From Ignavibacteria bacterium (GTDB taxonomy: Bacteria; Bacteroidota; Ignavibacteria; Tepidaquicellales; OLB5), in NCBI GenBank assembly GCA_013140565.1, contig JABFSP010000255.1, positions 1-41,530 on the forward strand: a stretch of DNA of 41,530 bases, written 5' to 3'. Below the pieces are notes generated by a model. It did not search any database, was not told the origin of the DNA, and saw only the letters and a program-made list of their open reading frames with translations. This document shows, one piece after another, positions 10,223-16,341 of the stretch. Positions within the stretch are counted from its first letter, which is position 1, and every line of letters starts with the position of its first letter. A program made the translations under genes and the position numbers.

Positions 10223-10254
10223 AATATTGGACTAAATTAGTCTAATATTCAATG
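10223..10254. promoter_or_regulatory. Second copy of the GGACTA-N3-TAGTCY inverted repeat plus TAATATTCAATG box
   Basis: aatattggacta-aat-tagtctaatatt (10223-10249). TAATATTCAATG occurs at 10173-10184 and again at 10243-10254, upstream of the 10340 gene. Confidence 0.3.
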
Positions 10255-10339
10255 GACAGGCTGATTTTTCCGTCGAGTAGAAAAAGAACCCATAGGCATA
10301 GTGATTTTGAATCAGTCTGTCCTGAAATTTATAACAATC

Positions 10340-11122
10340 ATGAAAAAAACATTAATTATCATTACTCTATTTGTACTTACATTGAACATCAACTCAAATG
10401 AACGCAAGTTCGGATACATCTATCAAAGCGGTGTGCTGGGCAAAGGCAACCGCGAGCTTGAAATATGGACAACTGCCAGGATCGGCAAAGATATACCTTA
10501 TTACGCAAGAACCGAACACCGTATGGAATTTGAATGGGGAATTACCAACAGGCTGCAGACTGCATTCTACATTAACTTCAGGAATACCAGTCAGGATAAC
10601 GGAACAGGAATGACAAGTAAATTTGAGTTCAAGGGTATTTCCAGTGAGTGGAAGTACCAGGTATCAAGTCCTTCAAAAAATGCCGTGGGATTTGCGTTAT
10701 ACGGTGAGGTTGGACTAAATACTGATGAAGCTGAACTTGAAGCTAAACTCATTTTCGATAAAAAAGTTAAGAAGAGCACCTTTGCTTTGAATTTAGTATT
10801 TGAAAATGAGTGGGAGCTTGGTTCACATGCACCCGTTACAGAAATGGTGCTTGAAGGCGACCTGGGGTGGAGTTATGATATATCAAATTCATTTGCAGCG
10901 GGAATTGAAGTTCGCAGCCATAATCAGTTTGTTGAAGGTGAAATGGAGCATTCAGCATTGTTCGCCGGACCCGTTGTTTCATTTTCGCAGCCTAACTGGT
11001 GGCTTACATTAACGGTTCTTCCGCAATTAGCCGCACTTAAAGGTAAAACAGGTGATACTAAACTGGTACTTGGTGAACGTGAAAAACTTGAAACAAGAGT
11101 ATTATTTTCGTTCAGATTATAA
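10340..11122 (+). CDS. Small outer-membrane beta-barrel-like protein, function unknown
   Basis: ATG 10340 gives MKKTLIIITLFVLTLNINS, a signal peptide. It has alternating beta-strand patterns and ends in ETRVLFSFRL. Confidence 0.5.
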   Translation: MKKTLIIITLFVLTLNINSNERKFGYIYQSGVLGKGNRELEIWTTARIGKDIPYYARTEHRMEFEWGITNRLQTAFYINFRNTSQDNGTGMTSKFEFKGISSEWKYQVSSPSKNAVGFALYGEVGLNTDEAELEAKLIFDKKVKKSTFALNLVFENEWELGSHAPVTEMVLEGDLGWSYDISNSFAAGIEVRSHNQFVEGEMEHSALFAGPVVSFSQPNWWLTLTVLPQLAALKGKTGDTKLVLGEREKLETRVLFSFRL

Positions 11123-11132
11123 TTATATACAA

Positions 11133-11480
11133 TTGAAGATATTCTATAAAATATTAACAACATCGTTGCTGTGCGGATTTTTCTATTTGCAGTATGACAT
11201 AAAAAGTGATACTGCAAATTATTTTTTTGCTGATTCAATTAAAATCGGCGATTCCATAAAAGTAACTGCCGACTCACTTGAACTTAAAAAAATAAAACTT
11301 GCCGAGGGCAAATTACTCTACGAAAAGAAATGCCAGAAGTGCCATATGCTATATGAGCCGAAGGATTACAAACTGAAGCAGTGGAAAGAGAATTTGATAG
11401 AGATGAAAGAAAAAGCCGAGTTAAACAAAGATGAATACAGTTTAATTCTCGGCTATTTATCAGCTAATTGTAAAAAGTAG
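11133..11480 (+). CDS. Small secreted protein with a single CXXCH motif (putative c-type cytochrome-like)
   Basis: GKLLYEKKCQKCHMLYEP fits the class I cytochrome c heme-attachment context. The proposed TTG start at 11133 gives a hydrophobic N-terminus (KIFYKILTTSLLCGFFYLQ). The upstream part of the ORF overlaps the previous gene. Confidence 0.4.
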   Translation: MKIFYKILTTSLLCGFFYLQYDIKSDTANYFFADSIKIGDSIKVTADSLELKKIKLAEGKLLYEKKCQKCHMLYEPKDYKLKQWKENLIEMKEKAELNKDEYSLILGYLSANCKK

Positions 11481-11483
11481 TTC

Positions 11484-12458
11484 TTACCATCCTAAAAGCC
11501 AGGCGAACATAAGCGGAGCTACAATTGTCGCGTCACTTTCAACAATAAACTTTGGTGTATTGATGTCCAACTTGCCCCATGTTATTTTTTCATTTGGTAC
11601 AGCGCCTGAATATGAACCGTAGCTGGTTGTTGAATCGGATATCTGGCAGAAATAGCTCCAGAAGGGCACATCGTGCCACTCAAGATCCTGGTACATCATA
11701 GGCACTACGCAGATCGGGAAATCACCGGCGATACCGCCGCCTATCTGGAAGAAACCAACTCCCTTGCCGCCTGAATTTTTCCTGTACCACTCGCTTAACG
11801 TCACCATATATTCTATGCCTGATTTCATTGTTGAAGGTTTTAATTCACCTTTAATGCAGTATGAAGCGAATATATTACCCATTGTTGAATCTTCCCAACC
11901 CGGCACAATTATAGGCAGATTTTTTTCTGCTGCTGCAATCATCCATGAATTTTTCGGGTCAATTTCATAATACTGCTCCAGCACACCGCTCAATATCATC
12001 TTATACATATATTCATGCGGAAAGTAACGCTCGCCTTTTGCTTCAGCATCCTTCCATAATTCATAAACATGTTTTTGCAGCCTGCGGAACGCTTCTTCTT
12101 CGGGAATACAGGTATCTGTCACGCGGTTCAGGCCTTTTTCGAGCAGCGCCCATTCTTCCTTAGGGGTTAAGTCACGGTAATTTGGCACGCGCTTGTAATG
12201 CGAGTGCGCCACAAGGTTCATAAGGTCCTCTTCCAGATTTGCGCCGGTGCATGAAATTATCTGCACTTTATCATTACGTATCATCTCAGCCAGTGATATG
12301 CCGAGCTCGCCGGTGCTCATAGCGCCCGCAAGTGTTATCATCATCTTTCCGCCTTCGGCAAGATGCACTTCGTAAGCCTTGGCAGCATCCATCATTGCCG
12401 CGGAATTGAAGTGCAGGTAATGCTTTTCCATGAATTGTGAAATTGGACCGCGTGTCAT
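11484..12458 (-). CDS. Deoxyhypusine synthase-like family protein
   Basis: The full-length 324 aa protein has DHS-family blocks (MITLAGAMSTGELG, IISCTGANLEEDL, GFFQIGGGIAGDFPICVVP, IVESDATIVAPL). Confidence 0.75.
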   Translation of the reverse strand: MTRGPISQFMEKHYLHFNSAAMMDAAKAYEVHLAEGGKMMITLAGAMSTGELGISLAEMIRNDKVQIISCTGANLEEDLMNLVAHSHYKRVPNYRDLTPKEEWALLEKGLNRVTDTCIPEEEAFRRLQKHVYELWKDAEAKGERYFPHEYMYKMILSGVLEQYYEIDPKNSWMIAAAEKNLPIIVPGWEDSTMGNIFASYCIKGELKPSTMKSGIEYMVTLSEWYRKNSGGKGVGFFQIGGGIAGDFPICVVPMMYQDLEWHDVPFWSYFCQISDSTTSYGSYSGAVPNEKITWGKLDINTPKFIVESDATIVAPLMFAWLLGW

Positions 12459-12480
12459 TTGTTTTTCCCCTTTTTTGCGA

Positions 12481-12520
12481 CCTCACCCCCCAGCCCCTCT
12501 CCTAAAAGGAGAGGGGGGAG
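12481..12520. repeat. GC-rich palindromic element (REP-like or terminator hairpin)
   Basis: cccctctcc-taaaa-ggagagggg (12494-12516) is embedded in C- and G-runs. It contrasts sharply with the AT-rich surroundings and lies between the SDR and DHS-like genes. Confidence 0.5.
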
Positions 12521-12536
12521 ATGCAGAAAGATTATT

Positions 12537-13274
12537 TTATAATTTTAATTTTTTGAACATAAATTCAGGAATTGAAGTGATAATTAGCATTATCCACCGC
12601 CAGAAAAACGGTGTATATATCACACCTTTTCTTTTCAACATTGCCTTGTAAATATCTTTGCCTACTTTTTCAGGTGATGCCACAAGCGGTTTGGGCAGCG
12701 GCATTCCGTAGGTCATTGGAGTATTTACAAAGCCGGGTTTGATTGTGAGTACATTCACACCGCTTTTGAATAAGCGGTTACGCAATCCTGATAGATACAC
12801 GGTTAAACCACCTTTGGCGGAGCCGTACATATAATTGCTCTGCCTGCCTCTATCACCGGCAACTGATGAAATTACTGCAATATTACCCTTTTTAACTGAT
12901 TCGAATTCCGCGGCAAGCAGCTCACACACTGAAACCACACCCGTAAAATTTGTGTCAATTATCCTGTGCGCTTCAGTGAAATCACTCTGTGCTTTTTCCT
13001 GTGTGCCCAGATATCCAAACACTATTAATACGTATTCAAGGTCGGGAGTTTTTGCCAGCACATCCTCAATGAATTTTTTATGCGAGGGGTAATCCAACGC
13101 GTCAATATATTCAGCGCGGCATTTGGTTTTGTAGCGTATACTGAAATCGTTGGCGTATTTTTCAGGTTCATCCTGCTTCCTGCCGCCGAAAATTATTTCA
13201 TGACCGGCTTCGGCAAAATGCGATGCCGCAGCCTGCGCTATAAGTGAATTTGCTCCAAGTACTAGGAGGGACAT
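12537..13274 (-). CDS. Short-chain dehydrogenase, DprE2-like (polyprenyl-P-2-keto-pentofuranose reductase family)
   Basis: SDR blocks (VLGANSLIAQA; SSVAGDRGRQSNYMYGSAKGG with the YxxxK motif). The C-terminal membrane-associating tail IITSIPEFMFKKLKL resembles the DprE2 C-terminus. It overlaps the upstream gene by 13 nt. Confidence 0.65.
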   Translation of the reverse strand: MSLLVLGANSLIAQAAASHFAEAGHEIIFGGRKQDEPEKYANDFSIRYKTKCRAEYIDALDYPSHKKFIEDVLAKTPDLEYVLIVFGYLGTQEKAQSDFTEAHRIIDTNFTGVVSVCELLAAEFESVKKGNIAVISSVAGDRGRQSNYMYGSAKGGLTVYLSGLRNRLFKSGVNVLTIKPGFVNTPMTYGMPLPKPLVASPEKVGKDIYKAMLKRKGVIYTPFFWRWIMLIITSIPEFMFKKLKL

Positions 13275-14611
13275 AAGCCTAATCTCCTTGCCAAATTTGA
13301 AGTAAATTTATTTTCAGGGTCGTATTTAATTTTTGTGTCCATCCATTTTTCCCATAAACCGCTGTACATTTGTTTAAAAGTTTTTTCATCCATTATTGAA
13401 TCCTTAGTGAGATAATTTCTGCCGCCATATTCAAGCACTATCTGGTCAAGCTCCTTACACATCGCAATTACACCTTTTTTTACGGGGAAATCCATTGAAA
13501 GGGTGTAACCCTTGAACGGGAATGAAAGTATTCCGTCCTGGTCGCCCATTTTCTTTAGAACCGCCAAAAATGAACCGCCGCCGAATGCCACAACTTTTTT
13601 AAGAACCTTATCAATGGCTTCTTTACCTTTATCTTCGGGTACGTTGAGCTGGTATTGTATAAGCCCGCTTTTGCTGTATATATGATTCCAGTTTAAAATG
13701 AAATCAAGCGGGTAAAAATATTTATCGTAATGGACAAATTCAATTTTATTTTTTGCCGCCATGTAAAATGCTGAATTAAAAAGTGTGATAGATACTTTGT
13801 TCAGTGTTGTAAACGGTACTTCAAACGGAACGGATATTTTCTTTTCGATATATTTCTTTGCGGATCTCAGTTTCAATTTATCAGGCAGGCCAGAGCCTTC
13901 TTCGTGGTTGCCAAGCAGCAGAACATTCCTGCCGTATTTACTGCCGGAGGCGACAATATCCATCCATGCAACAGAATAATGATAATCCTTATCAAACTCT
14001 TCGAGCTTATCAAAGAGCTCATCCATATTCTTAAGCTTAATTGACCTGTTTGTTAAGTAAGGAGAAGTTATTTTTTTCATTTGTATTTCAGCTTCAAGTA
14101 TGAAGCCTGTAAGACCCATACCACCAACTGTTGCCCAGAAGAGATCACTGTGTTCAGTCCTTGAGCAATCCAGTATTTCGCCTGAGGCAAGAAGTATCTT
14201 GAAGCTTATTACATAGCTGGAAAATGAACCAACATTGTGGTGATTCTTCCCGTGGACATCGCTTGCGATAGCTCCGCCCATAGTTACATATTTGGTGCCG
14301 GGTGTCACCGCGGGAAACCATCCCCGTATAACGAAAGTATCAAGCAGGTCTTTATAAGTTACACCGGCTTCGCATCTTAATATGCCGGTTTCCTCATCAA
14401 AAGAAATGAAGCGGTTCATAAGCAGTGATTCAGAAACTACACCTTTATCATTCAGCGAAGCATCGCCGTAGCTGCGGCCAAGCCCGCGGGGTATAACGGA
14501 ATTATTTTTTAGCACCTCGTTTATATCAAATATCCCGGGCGGACGCGTTACTTTGCATTTAGCCTTAGGGTATTTTCCAAATCCGGAGAGCTCTATCTCT
14601 TCAAATTTCAT
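13262..14611 (-). CDS. FAD-dependent oxidase, DprE1-like (polyprenyl-P-ribose 2-oxidase family)
   Basis: GLGRSYGDASLN, VTMGGAIASDVHGKNHH, LFWATVGGMGLTGFILEAEIQM, FYPLD, LSFPFKGYTLSMDFPVK, EYGGRNYLTKDS and the C-terminal NLARRLGL all parallel DprE1 blocks as I recall them. Confidence 0.7.
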   Translation of the reverse strand: MKFEEIELSGFGKYPKAKCKVTRPPGIFDINEVLKNNSVIPRGLGRSYGDASLNDKGVVSESLLMNRFISFDEETGILRCEAGVTYKDLLDTFVIRGWFPAVTPGTKYVTMGGAIASDVHGKNHHNVGSFSSYVISFKILLASGEILDCSRTEHSDLFWATVGGMGLTGFILEAEIQMKKITSPYLTNRSIKLKNMDELFDKLEEFDKDYHYSVAWMDIVASGSKYGRNVLLLGNHEEGSGLPDKLKLRSAKKYIEKKISVPFEVPFTTLNKVSITLFNSAFYMAAKNKIEFVHYDKYFYPLDFILNWNHIYSKSGLIQYQLNVPEDKGKEAIDKVLKKVVAFGGGSFLAVLKKMGDQDGILSFPFKGYTLSMDFPVKKGVIAMCKELDQIVLEYGGRNYLTKDSIMDEKTFKQMYSGLWEKWMDTKIKYDPENKFTSNLARRLGLCPS

Positions 14612-14887
14612 CGGTTTGTATATGTTATAAGCAAAATCTGATGCAGATTAAGTTATAAATATCGTAAATAATAAAATGATAAGAAATTTAGAAATTTGGT
14701 ATATAAGATGTCCTGAAGCGCCTGTCTTCCAGAGTGTCCATGAAAAGAAGGGCAGCATGTCCTGCCTCGGCGTGACATAGGGGTCTTATTAAGAGATTTA
14801 AGACTAAAGTCGTAACTTTAATATTAAAACATATATCATTATTATTGCAAAACAGTTCTTTGTAATACTCCGTTTTAAACGGATATT

Positions 14888-15090
14888 TTTTTCGGTTCAC
14901 TATTAAAACAGTGAATAATCCCGTAAGGGATAATAGGGAATCAGGTGAATTAAACAACAATTATTGAATAATCCTGAGCTGTCCCCGCAACTGTAATAAA
15001 GAAGACCGGTTATGTTTTTGTCACTGTCAATTTTTTTTGATGGGAAGACCCGACCGGAAATTGCTTTTAAGCCAGGAGACCTGCCGGAAA
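14888..15090 (+). promoter_or_regulatory. Cobalamin (B12) riboswitch
   Basis: Conserved core aatagggaatcaggtgaa...aatcctgagctgtccccgcaactgtaa (14932-14997), gtcactg...gggaagac (15020-15049) and B12 box agccaggagacctgcc (15070-15085). P1 candidates are tttttcgg (14888-14895) and ccggaaa (15084-15090). Small hairpins are ttcact/agtgaa and atccc-gtaa-gggat. Confidence 0.9.
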
Positions 15091-15143
15091 TACTTTTTAA
15101 AATGATCTTCGAGGGCAAAGATTACATGTTATTAACAATTGGG

Positions 15144-15215
15144 ACTCCCTGTCTCTATATGACAATGTATATTTTTTACTTCAAATGGTCATTTAGGTAC
15201 AGGGAGTTTGTTTTA
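15144..15215 (+). terminator. Candidate expression-platform hairpin of the riboswitch (terminator or RBS sequestrator)
   Basis: actccctgt (15144-15152) pairs with acagggagt (15199-15207), with an inner atgac/gtcat stem, followed by ttgtttta. The ctccc and gggag segments could compete with the RBS gggag at 15252-15256. Confidence 0.35.
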
Positions 15216-15261
15216 TAAACAACCAATTTTAATAACCAAACTTTTTTCATCGGGAGAAAAT

Positions 15262-16341
15262 ATGAAAAAGTTAACTTCTGCTTTACTGCTTTTTATCACT
15301 TCGTTTTTTATTTTTACATCACTTAACGGCTGCGGCGATGAGGATATTGTTACCAATGATCCTGTAACAACCACTAAAGGAGTTTTTGTTCTTTACGAAG
15401 GTTCATTCGGCCAGCCACAATCTTATGATTATGGTTTTATAGATGTAACTACTGATTCCGTATATTCCAATGTATATCAAAACTCAAACGGCGGCTCAGC
15501 TTTAAACTCATTCCCAAACGGAATGATCCTTTCGGGAAATGAATTATTTATCTCAGCCCAGGGTACATTTGGGCAGCCCGGATCTATGTATAAAATAAAT
15601 TCCACCACTAACCAGCTGATAACTTCATCGCCGAGCATTGGGAACAATCCGTACAATTTTGCTTTTGCAAATGGCAATATATATATAACAAATTCAGGCA
15701 GCGATTATGTTAAAGTAACAGATATGAACTTTGGTACGGTTATCGATTCGCTTTCAGTAGGTTTCAATCCTGCGGATATTCTGTTTGCAGGCGGGAATGT
15801 TTTTGTAGGTAAACAGACGTTTACCTTTGAAAACTCTTTGGCTGTAATAAATGCATCAAACCAGGTAAGCAAAATATTTTTCCAGGGTCCTCCTGTTTCA
15901 ATTGCGCTAAATTCCGGCAAAGTATATGTATCAACATTCGGATATAAAAAGATTTTTGTTGTTGATGCATCAACAGCGCTGGTTGTAGATTCGATAAGTA
16001 CTTCTGTATCGCAGGCCGGTATTGGATACCTAGCTTCAGGCAGCGCGGGTACCTTATACGTGCTTGGCACTGACACAGCCTTTCAGTATATGCAGGGAGT
16101 TAGTATGTATAAGGTTGATCTTGTGAGCAAAACAATTGATCCCGGATTTAATGTAAGTGTTACCGGTACAGATGTAATTTATGGTATCGATTATGATGCT
16201 GCTGAGAACAAGATCTATATTGCTATTGCAAAAGGGAATAATAACGGCGAAGTAAGGGTTTATGATGTTTCCGGTACACTATTGAAATCATATACTGATA
16301 TTGGCGGCAAGTATCCAAGAAGATTCGCATTCAAGTATTAA
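15262..16341 (+). CDS. BtuG-like surface-exposed beta-propeller lipoprotein (paralog 2), predicted B12-capture protein
   Basis: ATG 15262 gives MKKLTSALLLFITSFFIFTSLNGC, with a lipobox. It has YncE-like repeated blades (NPYNFAFANGNIYITNSGSDYVKV, FNPADILFAGGNVFV). It lies directly downstream of the B12 riboswitch and its stop overlaps the receptor start (TAATG). Confidence 0.6.
   Translation: MKKLTSALLLFITSFFIFTSLNGCGDEDIVTNDPVTTTKGVFVLYEGSFGQPQSYDYGFIDVTTDSVYSNVYQNSNGGSALNSFPNGMILSGNELFISAQGTFGQPGSMYKINSTTNQLITSSPSIGNNPYNFAFANGNIYITNSGSDYVKVTDMNFGTVIDSLSVGFNPADILFAGGNVFVGKQTFTFENSLAVINASNQVSKIFFQGPPVSIALNSGKVYVSTFGYKKIFVVDASTALVVDSISTSVSQAGIGYLASGSAGTLYVLGTDTAFQYMQGVSMYKVDLVSKTIDPGFNVSVTGTDVIYGIDYDAAENKIYIAIAKGNNNGEVRVYDVSGTLLKSYTDIGGKYPRRFAFKY

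Noticed and set aside
11052-11132. Upstream part of the 142-aa ORF as coding sequence
   Set aside because: It overlaps the 3' end of the preceding barrel gene by about 70 nt in another frame. An internal TTG at 11133 gives a plausible signal peptide, but this start remains a guess.
10924-11238. 104-aa minus-strand ORF spanning the end of the barrel gene
   Set aside because: It is antisense to better-supported plus-strand genes and has no motifs.
11480-11484. Convergent genes separated by only 3 nt with no terminator
   Set aside because: This is noted as tight packing only. No additional structure or signal is visible, so it is not reported as a finding.
12430-12651. 73-aa ORF containing PSPPAPLLKGEGGDAE
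   Set aside because: It is produced by reading through the GC-rich palindrome, and the rest is antisense to the SDR gene, so it is a spurious ORF.
14735-14760. gtccatgaaaagaagggcagc resembling the SRP (4.5S) RNA GUCC-GGAA-GGAAGCAGC motif
   Set aside because: There is no GNRA tetraloop closure and no complementary 3' strand forming the conserved helix 8. The similarity is superficial.
14688-15218. Small ORFs (90, 71 and 68 aa) in the long intergenic region
   Set aside because: They overlap the cobalamin riboswitch and its leader. The conserved RNA motifs explain this sequence better than coding does.
15477-16076. Minus-strand ORFs (66 and 123 aa) inside the BtuG-like gene
   Set aside because: They are antisense shadows, and the plus-strand gene has a lipobox, paralogs and operon context.
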